From: Patescibacteria group bacterium
GTDB taxonomy: Bacteria > Patescibacteriota > Minisyncoccia > Phycocordibacterales > UBA9973
Length of the DNA stretch: 64,000 nt
NCBI GenBank assembly: GCA_038063535.1
Contig: JBBTUV010000003.1
Location: 416-64,415 of the forward strand
Direction: 5' to 3'
The first letter of the stretch is position 1. The number at the start of each line of letters is the position of its first letter. The position numbers were made by a program, and so were the translations under genes. Below are positions 27,288 through 37,181 of this stretch, one piece after another. The notes beneath the pieces are model-generated. The model was not told the origin of the DNA. It saw nothing but the letters and a program-made list of their open reading frames with translations, and ran no database searches.

Positions 27288-28382
27288 ATGAAAGCAGAGT
27301 GTAGTTTAGAAAAAATTAAAAAAGCAGTGGACCAGGCTGAGAGGATCACTGGGAAAAACCTTACCCTCCCTGTTCTTGGGTCCGTTTTGATCTCAGCTTC
27401 TGGGAAGTCTTTAAAAATGCGCGCCACCAACCTGTCCTTGGGGGTAGAAATTGAGATCCCGGCGAAAATCCAAAAGGAAGGGCAGCTAGCGGTCCCCGGC
27501 GGGGTTCTCTCGGATGTTTTTTTGAATGTGTTTGGAGAGGAAAACGTCGTTCTTGAAGGATCGGGCGGGAATCTTGAAATCCACACCAAGCGAAATAAAA
27601 TAAAAATAAAAGGGCAGAATCATGAGGACTTCCCGACTATCCCAACCGTTTCCGGTAAAGAAATAAAAATCGACCCCAAAAGGCTCACCGACGGGATAAG
27701 GTCGGTCTATTACAGCTCCGCTATTTCCGATATCAAGCCGGAGATTTCCAGTGTTTATATTTATGGGGAGGACGAGAACCTGGTCTTTGTGGCGACCGAC
27801 TCTTTTCGTCTGGCAGAAAAAAAGATCAAAGCAAGGGGAGCAGACGATGTTTCACTTCTCATCCCATTTAAAAATATCCCCGAAATCCTGCGCGTACTTC
27901 AAGATTTCACCGAGGAAGCGGAACTCTGCTACAGCAAAAACCAGGTTTCTATCGCCTCCGGCGGCGTCTATCTTACCTCAAGGGTGGTAAATGGAATTTT
28001 CCCCGATTACCGTCAGATTATCCCCAGAGAATCAAAAACACAAGCGGTGCTTCTCAAGGAAGAACTTTTGAACGCTCTTAAACTCTCGAATGTTTTTTCC
28101 GATAAGTTCAGCCAGGTGAATTTAAAAATTTCGCCGGAAAAAAAGATTTTCGAACTCTCCTCCGCAAACAACGACGTGGGGGAAAATAAGACTTCCGTCG
28201 ACGCCGCGATAACCGGGGAAGCAGTAGACCTAGCTTTCAACTACCGCTATTTCCTCGACTGCTTCCAATCAATCAGTGCCGACAGCCTTGCCCTTAAGTT
28301 CGACGGGCCCTCCCGCCCGATAGTCGTGGCTCCTGTTTCAGACACCTCCTTTTCTTACCTCATCATGCCAATGAATCGCTAA
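27288..28382 (+). CDS. dnaN: DNA polymerase III beta clamp
   Basis: LPVLGSVLI, RATNL, VATDSFRLAE, G.FPDYRQIIP, YLIMPM. Confidence 0.98.
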   Translation: MKAECSLEKIKKAVDQAERITGKNLTLPVLGSVLISASGKSLKMRATNLSLGVEIEIPAKIQKEGQLAVPGGVLSDVFLNVFGEENVVLEGSGGNLEIHTKRNKIKIKGQNHEDFPTIPTVSGKEIKIDPKRLTDGIRSVYYSSAISDIKPEISSVYIYGEDENLVFVATDSFRLAEKKIKARGADDVSLLIPFKNIPEILRVLQDFTEEAELCYSKNQVSIASGGVYLTSRVVNGIFPDYRQIIPRESKTQAVLLKEELLNALKLSNVFSDKFSQVNLKISPEKKIFELSSANNDVGENKTSVDAAITGEAVDLAFNYRYFLDCFQSISADSLALKFDGPSRPIVVAPVSDTSFSYLIMPMNR

Positions 28383-30922
28383 TTGCTAACCTGGAAGGTA
28401 GCCAAGGTCTCGGTTCGATTCCAAGCTCTATCGTAAGAAATTACCCGAAGCTCATTTTTCGCTCGGAGATTGTCCAATGTCTCAAGGTTGAAAGAAAACC
28501 CGGAGGGTGAGCTCGCGCTTCCCACGAAGACATCGTTCACAAACACATCTATTTTCTCTAGCGGGAAACGTCCGGAGCTCTCTAATTTCAGTACAATTTT
28601 TGAATCACGAGAGTAGACCATGTCCGGGGACGGCTCGAGAATGGTGACCCTCGGCCGAGAACTTTCTGTGTGAACGTCGTCACTCCCGATCGGCTTGTCG
28701 AAGTTGCTCACAGTAGGGTAGAGCCTCTTGTTCTGAGCCCACCAGTTCTGTACCGGTATTTCCCAATGACTATATTGCGGATCGCTTCTCGGGTCTTCCG
28801 GAGCCGAGCCGAGGGGGTCACCCTTCCTGACCCAATGGAGTATGGTATGGACGTTGGTTATCACTCTCTCTTCGATCGTCTCGGGCGGAGTCAGGGCGGT
28901 GGCCAGTTTCCCCGAAATCTTGTCGATCAGAAAACTTTCCCCCCCCTGCCAGAAGCCCCGCAAAACCGGTTTTAGATCCGCAGGGGAAGAAAGGTCCGGC
29001 TCTTCGAATCTTTCATTTGGGAGTGACTGAAGCGCCAGGCTCATGAATTTATTCCAGATCGGCCCCGCCAACGCGGCCCCGCCCTTTTTCATCGGCTTAT
29101 TGTCATTATTTCCTACCCACACCCCGACCGCGATCGAAGGGGTATAACCTATGGTCCAGGCATCCTTATTATTGTTCGTGGTACCAGTTTTCGCTGCTGT
29201 ATCATACCCGGGGATGAGAAGAGGTGAGCTTGTACCGAAAGTGGGGGCGCGGGCTATATTGTCGGAAAGAATGTCCGAAATAACAAGAGCGGTATTCTTC
29301 GGAAGCACCTCCGTTGAGGCTAGGGTAAACTCCTCGAGCGTATTTCCTACCGCGTCCTCCACTTTTAGAATCCCAGTGTATGGATTTCTTATGCCGTCTG
29401 CAGCAAAGATGCCGAAGGCGCTTGTCATATCGAGTAAGGTGACTTCGCCACCCCCGATCACCAAAGTGAGCCCGTAGCGGGAGAGATCGGTGAGCGTGCT
29501 TATGCCCATCGATCGTGCAAGTTCTAGAGCGTTCCTCGTCCCGGCCAGGTAAAAAAGCTTGACCGCCGGAATGTTAATCGATTGTGCCAGCGCGTCGCGA
29601 AGCTTCATTGGGCCCCGGTGCCCCCCGTCGTAGTTTACCGGCATATAGCAGTCATCCTGGTTGCGGCCCGGTAGGGCCACACCGCTTGCGTTGCAAGTGG
29701 TCTGAAACTCGGTGGGGAGATCAAAAAGGATAGTATCGGGAGTAAAACCCTCGTTGAAAGCGGTGGCGTAAATGAATGGCTTGAAGGAGGAACCCGGCTG
29801 GCGACGTGCGGTAGCGATATTGTAATTCCCGTCGATTTCTTTATCGAAGTAATCCCGTGAACCTACCATCGCAAGGATCTGTCCGCTTTGGGGGTCGATT
29901 GCCACGAGCCCTGCGTTCGAGCCGTTCCAATCTCTCTCGTTTAGAAGCGCTCCTTCTTTCACTATTTCTTCTGCTTTTGCTTCGAGGGGCCAGTCAAGAG
30001 TGCTGATGACTTTCAAGCCCCCGTTTTCAACCATCTCCGGTCCGTATTTTTGCTCCAGGTATTCTTTTATAAAAAAAACGAAGTGCGGCGCCTTGATGCT
30101 TCCAGAGGTCTGGGGGAGAAACACCACCGCCGTGTTTTTCGCGCTCTGGTATTCCTCTTCGGTTATGAAACTAAGCTCCCGCATCCGGAAGAGAACGAAA
30201 TTCTTTCTCTCCTCAAGCCTACCCACATTTTTCCCGTGGGGGGAGAGAAAAGAAGGTGATTGGGGAATAGCCGCAAGATAGGCCGCTTCCGCGAGCGAAA
30301 GGTCCTTCGCATTCTTTCCGAAATAGTTCCGCGAAGCTTCCTCGATCCCATAAATTGTTCCTCCGTATGGCACCTCGTTCAAGTAGAGCTCAAGAATTTT
30401 TTCCTTTGGGAGGGCCCGCTCGATCTTCAGCGCAAGTATCCATTCCTTTATTTTCCTGATGACGGATTTTTTTGGATTAAGCAGGGTATTTTTTACGAGC
30501 TGCTGGGTGATCGTAGAACCGCCTTGGGTGGCCCCCCCGAAAATATTGGCAAAGGTCGCGCGCAAGATAGAGCTGATTCGGATTCCGCTATGATTGTAAA
30601 AATCCGAGTCCTCGACCGCCACAGTCGCGTTTTTTATGTTCGCCCCCATGTCGGCAAAAGCAATATTTGTGCGGCGCACATCGCGATGGATGTCATAGAG
30701 CACGATTTCTCCGCTCCGGTCGTAAATCTTAGTTGAGCTTGCTATCAGGCGTTCCTCGAACGAGCTGAAGTCTGGGATTTCCAAGCGCGAGGCCCAGATA
30801 ACTCCGAACCCGAGGAGAAGAACCAATGCCCCCGCGCAGAGGAAAACGAAATTCTTCGTAGCGACAGCAGGCCGGAATTTTCGGTAAACCCTTCTTATTT
30901 TAATTACTATTTTCTCAAACAC
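28379..30922 (-). CDS. Class A penicillin-binding protein (transglycosylase/transpeptidase) with C-terminal Ig-like domain
   Basis: EDSDFY.H.G, QGGSTITQQLVKN, RK.KE, RQPGSSFKP, S.N, KTGT. Confidence 0.95.
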   Translation of the reverse strand: MFEKIVIKIRRVYRKFRPAVATKNFVFLCAGALVLLLGFGVIWASRLEIPDFSSFEERLIASSTKIYDRSGEIVLYDIHRDVRRTNIAFADMGANIKNATVAVEDSDFYNHSGIRISSILRATFANIFGGATQGGSTITQQLVKNTLLNPKKSVIRKIKEWILALKIERALPKEKILELYLNEVPYGGTIYGIEEASRNYFGKNAKDLSLAEAAYLAAIPQSPSFLSPHGKNVGRLEERKNFVLFRMRELSFITEEEYQSAKNTAVVFLPQTSGSIKAPHFVFFIKEYLEQKYGPEMVENGGLKVISTLDWPLEAKAEEIVKEGALLNERDWNGSNAGLVAIDPQSGQILAMVGSRDYFDKEIDGNYNIATARRQPGSSFKPFIYATAFNEGFTPDTILFDLPTEFQTTCNASGVALPGRNQDDCYMPVNYDGGHRGPMKLRDALAQSINIPAVKLFYLAGTRNALELARSMGISTLTDLSRYGLTLVIGGGEVTLLDMTSAFGIFAADGIRNPYTGILKVEDAVGNTLEEFTLASTEVLPKNTALVISDILSDNIARAPTFGTSSPLLIPGYDTAAKTGTTNNNKDAWTIGYTPSIAVGVWVGNNDNKPMKKGGAALAGPIWNKFMSLALQSLPNERFEEPDLSSPADLKPVLRGFWQGGESFLIDKISGKLATALTPPETIEERVITNVHTILHWVRKGDPLGSAPEDPRSDPQYSHWEIPVQNWWAQNKRLYPTVSNFDKPIGSDDVHTESSRPRVTILEPSPDMVYSRDSKIVLKLESSGRFPLEKIDVFVNDVFVGSASSPSGFSFNLETLDNLRAKNELRVISYDRAWNRTETLATFQVSN

Positions 30923-30961
30923 GGCTTCAATTATAACAAAAAAAGTGGTATGATTCGAGAA

Positions 30962-32158
30962 ATGAAAACCATCACCGATTCGGGGAAGATCGAAGAACTT
31001 CTCTCTCGAGGAGTGGAGAAAATATATCCTGGAAAAGAAGAGCTCAGAAAAATCTTAGTCTCCGGGAAAAGATTGAGATTATACCAAGGATTTGACCCGA
31101 CTGGCACGAAACTTCACCTCGGTCATATGGTCGGGCTTCGAAAACTTGCTGCCTGGCAGGAAATGGGTCATGAGGTGATATTCTTGATCGGCGACGGCAC
31201 CGGCCAAGCGGGCGATCCATCAGGAAAAACTTCCGCCCGTGAGAAATTTCATACCCGTCAGGAACTCCGCGAGAATGCAAAGAATTATATTGAAGAAGTA
31301 AGTCCGATCCTAAAATTCGACGGCAAAAACCCGGCTAAAGTGTTATATAACGGGGACTGGTTGAACGAGGCGCTTCTTAATATTTTAAATATCGCGGAGC
31401 ATTTCTCCCTCTCCCAGCTTGCCGAGAGAGATCTTTTCCAAGAAAGGATAAAAAAAGGCGGAACGGTCAACATGAAAGAGTTTCTTTATCCGCTCCTTCA
31501 GGGCTATGACTCCGTGCACATGGATGTGGATTTAGAAATCGGCGGGAGCGATCAGACATTTAATATGCTCTGCGGCCGCACACTTCTAAAATCGATGAAG
31601 GGAAAAGAAAAATTCGTGATGACGACCCCGCTCCTAGCGGACAAATCGGGCAGGAAGATAGGAAAAACAGAGGGGAACATCATCGCTCTTGATGACGCAC
31701 CCGGGGAGCTCTTTGGGAAGATCATGGCGCTTCCTGATGAAGTAATCGTCCAGTGTTTCGAATGTCTGACAACCGCCCCGATGGAAAAAGTTAGATCAGT
31801 CGCCAAGGCAATATCTCTCGGTGATAACCCAATGGTTCATAAAAAGGAACTGGCTGAAGAAATAGTCAGGGAATTAAACAATGACCACGCGGCCAAAGAA
31901 GCTGCCGCAGAGTTCAGTGCAACATTCCAAAAAAGAGAAACCCCGGAAGATATGCCGGAAGTTCTCGGCAAGGGAAGTCTCATCGAAACCTTTGTCGCGG
32001 CCGATATAGTTTCTTCGAAAACGGAGTTTCGCCGCCTAATCCAGGAAGGGGCGATCGAGAATCTTGAAGCGCGCGCGTCAGTCGAAAATGTAAACGAGAG
32101 AGCTGTGTCAGGAACCCGCTACAAAATCGGCAAGAAAAGGTTTGTGCGCATAAAGTAA
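30962..32158 (+). CDS. tyrS: Tyrosine--tRNA ligase
   Basis: GFDPTG..LHLGH, YPLLQGYD, GGSDQ.FN, KIGKT, C-terminal S4-like domain. Confidence 0.97.
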   Translation: MKTITDSGKIEELLSRGVEKIYPGKEELRKILVSGKRLRLYQGFDPTGTKLHLGHMVGLRKLAAWQEMGHEVIFLIGDGTGQAGDPSGKTSAREKFHTRQELRENAKNYIEEVSPILKFDGKNPAKVLYNGDWLNEALLNILNIAEHFSLSQLAERDLFQERIKKGGTVNMKEFLYPLLQGYDSVHMDVDLEIGGSDQTFNMLCGRTLLKSMKGKEKFVMTTPLLADKSGRKIGKTEGNIIALDDAPGELFGKIMALPDEVIVQCFECLTTAPMEKVRSVAKAISLGDNPMVHKKELAEEIVRELNNDHAAKEAAAEFSATFQKRETPEDMPEVLGKGSLIETFVAADIVSSKTEFRRLIQEGAIENLEARASVENVNERAVSGTRYKIGKKRFVRIK

Positions 32159-32185
32159 AATGCCCCGCTTGGGGCATTTTACTTT
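32152..32185. terminator. Bidirectional intrinsic terminator
   Basis: Perfect 15-bp inverted repeat AAAGTAAAATGCCCC-GCTT-GGGGCATTTTACTTT between convergent genes. Confidence 0.85.
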
Positions 32186-32334
32186 CAGTGGTAGCTATCT
32201 TCCGGATCTTCTTCGCCAAGGCCTGCCTCAATTTCCTTCTCGTCGGCAGAGGGCTCTATCATCTCATTCTCTCCGCTGTCTTCATCTAAGCGATAGTTTC
32301 GCTCCTGAAGCATCTCGTTTTCGTTGTAATCCAT
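32185..32334 (-). CDS. Small very acidic protein (49 aa)
   Basis: MDYNENEMLQERNYRLDEDSGENEMIEPSADEKEIEAGLGEEDPEDSYH; ends at the terminator. Confidence 0.55.
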   Translation of the reverse strand: MDYNENEMLQERNYRLDEDSGENEMIEPSADEKEIEAGLGEEDPEDSYH

Positions 32335-32428
32335 GGAAATAAAATTTCTTAAACGACCTTTGATAAAAGCGATAAATATTTTTTTCTTATTTAATATCAA
32401 ATAAGAGAACCTTTAGCAAGGAAAATTT

Positions 32429-32923
32429 CTATTTTATGTGGATAACTCTCTCGCTTCTGATATAAGAGAAAGCAGTCAGGGCTATGGCTATAGAGTCAAG
32501 TTCGTCGTCGGAAATGATTGCCTCGTCGATTTTAACAAGCATTTTAAGCATTTTTTTGATCTGCGCTTTGTCTGCGCGGCCGGAACCGGTGACAGCGAGC
32601 TTAATCGCCGGAGGCGATGCTTCGAAGATACGCAAGCCACCCGATTTTCCCTCATTTATGACCACGCCCCGAACTTCCGAAACCCGCATGGCGGTTTTCT
32701 GGTTGGTTCCGAGGTAAAGAGTTTCCACCGCAAGGACATCCGGCTGGAAATTTTTGATCAATTCCTTCACCTCTTTTGATATAAGGAGCAGCCGCTCGGA
32801 AAACTCAAGGTCACTTCCGGTTTTGAAACAGGAAGAATATAAAACAGCCTCGCGCCCGCCCTTTTTCTCTAGAACCGCGAGCCCGAGCCGCTCATACCCA
32901 GGGTCAACTCCCAAGACTTTCAT
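32429..32923 (-). CDS. ruvC: Holliday junction resolvase
   Basis: VLGVDPG, AVE.LY, IK.AVTG.G.ADK.Q, DD..D..AIAL. Confidence 0.95.
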   Translation of the reverse strand: MKVLGVDPGYERLGLAVLEKKGGREAVLYSSCFKTGSDLEFSERLLLISKEVKELIKNFQPDVLAVETLYLGTNQKTAMRVSEVRGVVINEGKSGGLRIFEASPPAIKLAVTGSGRADKAQIKKMLKMLVKIDEAIISDDELDSIAIALTAFSYIRSERVIHIK

Positions 32924-32938
32924 CCTATTATTCTACCA

Positions 32939-33460
32939 TCACTCGACATTTGTATGGACTTCTTGTACGGCATCATGCTCTTCGAGCTCATCCACAAGTT
33001 TCTCGAGTAATTTCAAATCTTCACCAGAAAGGAGAATCGTGCTTGTCGGCACCCACTCGTTATTTTTCTTTCTGAAGGCCCAGACTACCGACCCCGGAGC
33101 TCCGAGGGAGAACCCGTTTTCCGAAAGCAAGTGTTTCATCTCTTGGGTTGTGCGGTTTTTGTTGTCCGAAAGTGCAGTAATAATTATCCCCGCGCCCCCA
33201 GGCCCATAAGTTTCGTATAGAACCGATTCCATTTCTTTCGTTTCGTTTGCTCTCTTTAAGGCCCGTTCGATAATATCCTTAGGTGCGTTTGCGCGCCTTG
33301 CCTTTTCAATTGCCGCGCGCAGCTCGGGAGTTTCTTTCCCGCCGGAGATTTTGGCTGCCACACCGATTGCTCGCGCAAGCTTACCGAAGGTCTTACTTTT
33401 CTTAGCGTCGGTTACCTCCTTCTGCCTTTTTATTTGGGTCCACTTATTATGCCCTGCCAT
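32939..33460 (-). CDS. yebC: YebC/PmpR family protein (short form)
   Basis: MAGHNKW..IKRQK...DAK, YE.YGPGG, SDNKNRT, LEEHD.VQ.V.TN. Confidence 0.93.
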   Translation of the reverse strand: MAGHNKWTQIKRQKEVTDAKKSKTFGKLARAIGVAAKISGGKETPELRAAIEKARRANAPKDIIERALKRANETKEMESVLYETYGPGGAGIIITALSDNKNRTTQEMKHLLSENGFSLGAPGSVVWAFRKKNNEWVPTSTILLSGEDLKLLEKLVDELEEHDAVQEVHTNVE

Positions 33461-33463
33461 CTC

Positions 33464-34486
33464 TTAAATCAATTTATTCTGTGATTTTTTTTCCTGAACA
33501 CCGGTATGTGCTCGTGCTTTTTCTGTCGCGAGGCGTCCCCGAGCAGTGCGCTCGATAAAACCGAGCTGAAGGAGATATGGTTCGATTACTTCTTCAAGTG
33601 TCGCCTCTTCTTCTGAGAGGGCCGCCGCGATCGTTTTGAGGCCGATCGGGCCACCCCCAAATTTCGCAATTAAAACCTCGAGATATTTTCGGTCGGTGGG
33701 ATTAAGACCGATTTCGTCCACCGAAAGCATCTCAAGAGCCGCTGCCACGGAATCTTTGTCGAGCTTCTTCTTGTGAACCTGCGCAAAATCACGACAACGT
33801 TTCAGAAAATAGTTTGCAGTACGCGGCGTCGCTCGGCTCCTTTTCGCGATTTCTTCCACCGCCTCCGGCGCAAGCTCTGCCCCAAGGAGTTTGCTCGAGC
33901 GGAGAAGTATTTCCTCGATCTCCTTCACCGAATAAAATTCGAGCCGGAAGACCCCTCCGGAAAAACGCGAACGAAGCGGCGCTGAGATCAAAGCCGCCCG
34001 AGTGGTCGCCGCGATCAAAGTGAATTTGGGAAGATCGAGCTGTATGGTACGGGCAGAGGGACCCTTACCGATCACGATGTCGAGAACTCCGGATTCCATC
34101 GCCGGGTAAAGAATCTCCTCAACCATTTTGTTCAAACGATGGATTTCGTCGATGAAGAGAATGTCCCCGGGCGATAGGTTGGTCAGGATCGAAGCGAGAT
34201 CGCCGACTTTCTCAATCGCCGGCCCCGAGGTTATTTTCATCTGTTTTTTCGTCTCCCGCGCGATCAGGTGGGCGAGAGTAGTCTTGCCAAGCCCCGGCGG
34301 GCCATAGAAAAGTATGTGTTCAGGAGCGTGTCCCCGCTCTTCGGCTGCCTGAAGAAGTATCCGGATATTGTCCTTAATATGCTTTTGGCCGACATACTCG
34401 GAAAAACTTCTTGGGCGAAGGGTTTCAACTAACTCCTTTTCTTCTACAGGGGGCCCCCCGCCTTTTTTCTTATTAGGGGTTGACAT
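33464..34486 (-). CDS. ruvB: Holliday junction branch migration ATPase
   Basis: LRP..F.EYVGQ, GPPGLGKTT, LFIDEIHRL, EPYLLQ.GF..RT.RGR. Confidence 0.98.
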   Translation of the reverse strand: MSTPNKKKGGGPPVEEKELVETLRPRSFSEYVGQKHIKDNIRILLQAAEERGHAPEHILFYGPPGLGKTTLAHLIARETKKQMKITSGPAIEKVGDLASILTNLSPGDILFIDEIHRLNKMVEEILYPAMESGVLDIVIGKGPSARTIQLDLPKFTLIAATTRAALISAPLRSRFSGGVFRLEFYSVKEIEEILLRSSKLLGAELAPEAVEEIAKRSRATPRTANYFLKRCRDFAQVHKKKLDKDSVAAALEMLSVDEIGLNPTDRKYLEVLIAKFGGGPIGLKTIAAALSEEEATLEEVIEPYLLQLGFIERTARGRLATEKARAHTGVQEKKSQNKLI

Positions 34487-34523
34487 TTAATTGAAAATAT
34501 GCTATGCTTCTAATATAGGGAAT

Positions 34524-34555
34524 TTATCAACAGCCTTTCCACCGGCTCATCCACA
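34524..34555 (+). promoter_or_regulatory. Three phased DnaA-box-like 9-mers upstream of ruvB
   Basis: TTATCAACA (34524), CTTTCCACC (34535), TCATCCACA (34547). Confidence 0.5.
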
Positions 34556-34607
34556 TTATAGCATTAATTTTCAAGGCCTGACCGGAGGGCAGTTGTATAA
34601 TAACCAA

Positions 34608-34778
34608 GTTCCTGAAAAAAGAAGATACTGATCTCTAATCAATCAACCTCGCGGTTATAGAAATTTGCCCAGGACGCTCTGGTTATCCTTCGGATCTACT
34701 GGGGCCATCCTAGAAAAATTTGTTACTTTTGGGTTATCTAACTTAAAAGGATTGTTTAGAGATTAGTGTCTTTTTTTA
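34608..34778 (+). ncRNA. Rod-shaped ncRNA of about 170 nt, 6S RNA-like
   Basis: TATAAT at 34596; 17-bp closing stem 34622-34638/34756-34772 plus CAATC/GATTG, a central bubble, apical stems with a UUCG-containing loop, and a 3' U-run. No ORF in the gap. Confidence 0.65.
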
Positions 34779-34789
34779 TTAACTATCGG

Positions 34790-35443
34790 CTAGATCTTGT
34801 ATTTTTTGTAGTTCAGGCAAAAATCTTTTCCTCCGCGCTTGAAGCTTGCATGGCTCTCCTCGATTATTTTCACTGCCTGCTGCGGAGTGTCCACGCAAAA
34901 GACCAGCTCATAATCCTCCGGATTCATGTATTTTTTTCTGAGCGGCTCCTGCTTTATCCAACGGAGAAGCCCTCTCCAGCGCTTACCGAGAAGAATGATC
35001 GGAATATTGCAGATGTTTTTTACCTGGACGAGTTGCCAGGCGTAAAAAAGCTCAAGAGAGGTGCCGAGGCCACCGGGAGCAACTATGATCGCGTTTGAAA
35101 GCAGCATAAATTCATCCAGCCGACTCGAGAATTTGTTGAACTCTTCTTTGTATTGAACGGACTTGTTGAATTTTTGATTCCAGAGCATTTTAACGCCGAT
35201 GCCAATCGAATGTGTCCGATGATGCCCCTTCTTACTGCCCCTCCTGTGCCCCTCGTTCGCCGCCTGCATGAGTCCGGGTCCGCCACCGGTGACTACGTCG
35301 ATCCCGCGCTCCCCGAGCATTTCCGCAAGGTTCTGGACGCTTTTATAAACTCCGTCTCGCTTTTTCACCCGGGAGCCCCCGAAGATAATCACCTTGAAGT
35401 GTCCCCGGTCCTTTTTTTCGAAAATTTGGAATTTGCTTCTCAT
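34790..35443 (-). CDS. LOG family (Rossmann-fold nucleotide-binding) protein
   Basis: IFGGSR, VTGGGPGLMQAAN.G, APGGLGT.LELF. Confidence 0.92.
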   Translation of the reverse strand: MRSKFQIFEKKDRGHFKVIIFGGSRVKKRDGVYKSVQNLAEMLGERGIDVVTGGGPGLMQAANEGHRRGSKKGHHRTHSIGIGVKMLWNQKFNKSVQYKEEFNKFSSRLDEFMLLSNAIIVAPGGLGTSLELFYAWQLVQVKNICNIPIILLGKRWRGLLRWIKQEPLRKKYMNPEDYELVFCVDTPQQAVKIIEESHASFKRGGKDFCLNYKKYKI

Positions 35444-35446
35444 TTT

Positions 35447-37144
35447 TTATTCTTCTGAAATATCGACGACATTTTTTACCTCCGCAAAAGAGGTGACCCC
35501 CGAAAGTATTTTTATCATAGCATCTTCCCGCATCGTAAGTATGCCCTGAGCGGCCGCGATCTTTCTGATTTCCCTTTCGCTCGGCTTCCCCGCCGTTATT
35601 TTTTCTATCGCCTCATCTGTCTTTATCGCCTCAAAAACTCCGACCCGGCCGGAGTAACCAGTGCTGTTGCACTTGTCGCACCCAACCGGTTCGTAAAATA
35701 CAAGATTTTTCTCCTCAATCCCATATTTCAGGAGTTCTTTTCCATCTTTTTTCATTTTATCCAGGATAGATTCGATCACCTTACGTGCTTCCGAATCTGC
35801 CGTCGACTCTCGCTTGCAAAACTTACAGAGCTTGCGTACCAGCCGCTGCGCCATCGAGAGCGTTAGGGCCGAGGGCAGAATTTTTGGGTCCGCTCCGAGC
35901 TCGATCAGCCGCGGGATCGCCCCGGCCGCGTTGTTGGTGTGCAAAGTAGAGAGGACCAGGTGCCCAGTCAGCGCGGCCTGCACTGCGGTTTTGGCCGTTT
36001 CCCCGTCGCGGATCTCGCCGACCATGATGACATCCGGGTCCTGCCGGAGGGATGATCGTAACCCTTCGAGGAAAGTAAGGTTGCCGCTTTTTTCGTCAAC
36101 CTGTGTTTGGGTGATCCCCCCTATGTGATATTCCACCGGGTCTTCGATTGTTATCACATTTATTTCCGGAGTGTAGATCTTCCGCAGGAACGCATAGAGG
36201 GTGGTGGTCTTACCGGACCCGGTCGGGCCGGTAACGAGGATAAGCCCGTTCGGCCGCGCGATCTCCGCTTCCACGATCCGCAGGAGATAAGGCTCGATCC
36301 CAAGCTCTTCAAACGCGACCTGAATCGCTTTCGGGTCGAGTATGCGCATCACGATCGACTCGCCATAGGTTCCCGGGATCATCGAGCTTCGGATATTGAT
36401 TTCATCCGTGCCCTCCATGATAGAAAAACGGCCATCCTGACTGATTTTCGAGGTAAGCTTCATGCCGGAGAGAAGTTTAATACGAGAGTTGAGCAACTCG
36501 TAAATGTGAGTTTCGAAGAAGGTTATATCCTGAAGAATCCCGTCGAGGCGAAGTCGCAGTCTGCCGCGCCCCTTCTCCGGTTCGATGTGAATGTCCGAAG
36601 CCCGAATGGCAATCGCCCCGGCGAGAATGATCTCGAGAATGCGCGAGATCTTATGCGGCTGGTTCTCTTTGAGCGTCGCCTCGATAGTCACCGAAATGTC
36701 TTTCATTTTTTGGATGTTTTTTGCGGTTTCGCGCAAAACTTCCGCCGAAATTTCAACTCCGCCCACCTGCGAGCTTTTGGCCATTGAGAGCTCCTCATAT
36801 CTTTCCCAGACTTTTTTTAAGGACGCTTCCGAAACCATGTAAAAAGACGGGGCAAGGCTTTGTAAGAGCATTTCTTTTTTCAAACGTTCTAGTATCTCCG
36901 GTTGGGGAGAGCGGACGGCGATCAGGATATTCGATCCAGAGAGCTTGAAGGGAGCGACCCCGAGCGCATGCGCCTCTTCTTCCGGAATCGCCCGCAGAGC
37001 CTCGTTCTCCACGATCTGATGATAGAGGTCAATGTAAGGTATGCCGTATTTTGATTCGGCGAGAGCCGATACCACTTGTTCCTCCTCCAGACGCCTCCAG
37101 TCCTCGAGCTGCTTTTTCTGTTTTTCGTCGTCGAAATCCGCCAT
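35447..37144 (-). CDS. pilB: Type IV pilus assembly ATPase, GspE/PilB family
   Basis: ASDIHIEP, QDGRF, VTGPTGSGKTTTLY, EDPVEY, LRQDPDVIMVGEIRD, TGHLVLSTLHTN, CxxC..CxxC. Confidence 0.92.
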   Translation of the reverse strand: MADFDDEKQKKQLEDWRRLEEEQVVSALAESKYGIPYIDLYHQIVENEALRAIPEEEAHALGVAPFKLSGSNILIAVRSPQPEILERLKKEMLLQSLAPSFYMVSEASLKKVWERYEELSMAKSSQVGGVEISAEVLRETAKNIQKMKDISVTIEATLKENQPHKISRILEIILAGAIAIRASDIHIEPEKGRGRLRLRLDGILQDITFFETHIYELLNSRIKLLSGMKLTSKISQDGRFSIMEGTDEINIRSSMIPGTYGESIVMRILDPKAIQVAFEELGIEPYLLRIVEAEIARPNGLILVTGPTGSGKTTTLYAFLRKIYTPEINVITIEDPVEYHIGGITQTQVDEKSGNLTFLEGLRSSLRQDPDVIMVGEIRDGETAKTAVQAALTGHLVLSTLHTNNAAGAIPRLIELGADPKILPSALTLSMAQRLVRKLCKFCKRESTADSEARKVIESILDKMKKDGKELLKYGIEEKNLVFYEPVGCDKCNSTGYSGRVGVFEAIKTDEAIEKITAGKPSEREIRKIAAAQGILTMREDAMIKILSGVTSFAEVKNVVDISEE

Positions 37145-37181
37145 TAAATATGATTATATCGCAAGTGGTATAATTTACATA

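Noticed and set aside
34590-34617. Possible dif site
   Set aside because: No XerD arm (TTATGTTAAAT-like) and it is origin-proximal; better explained as a -10 box.
37041-37181. ORF-track N-terminal extension of PolA
   Set aside because: Overlaps pilB on the opposite strand; ATG 37182 follows TGGTATAAT and matches the PolA N-terminus.
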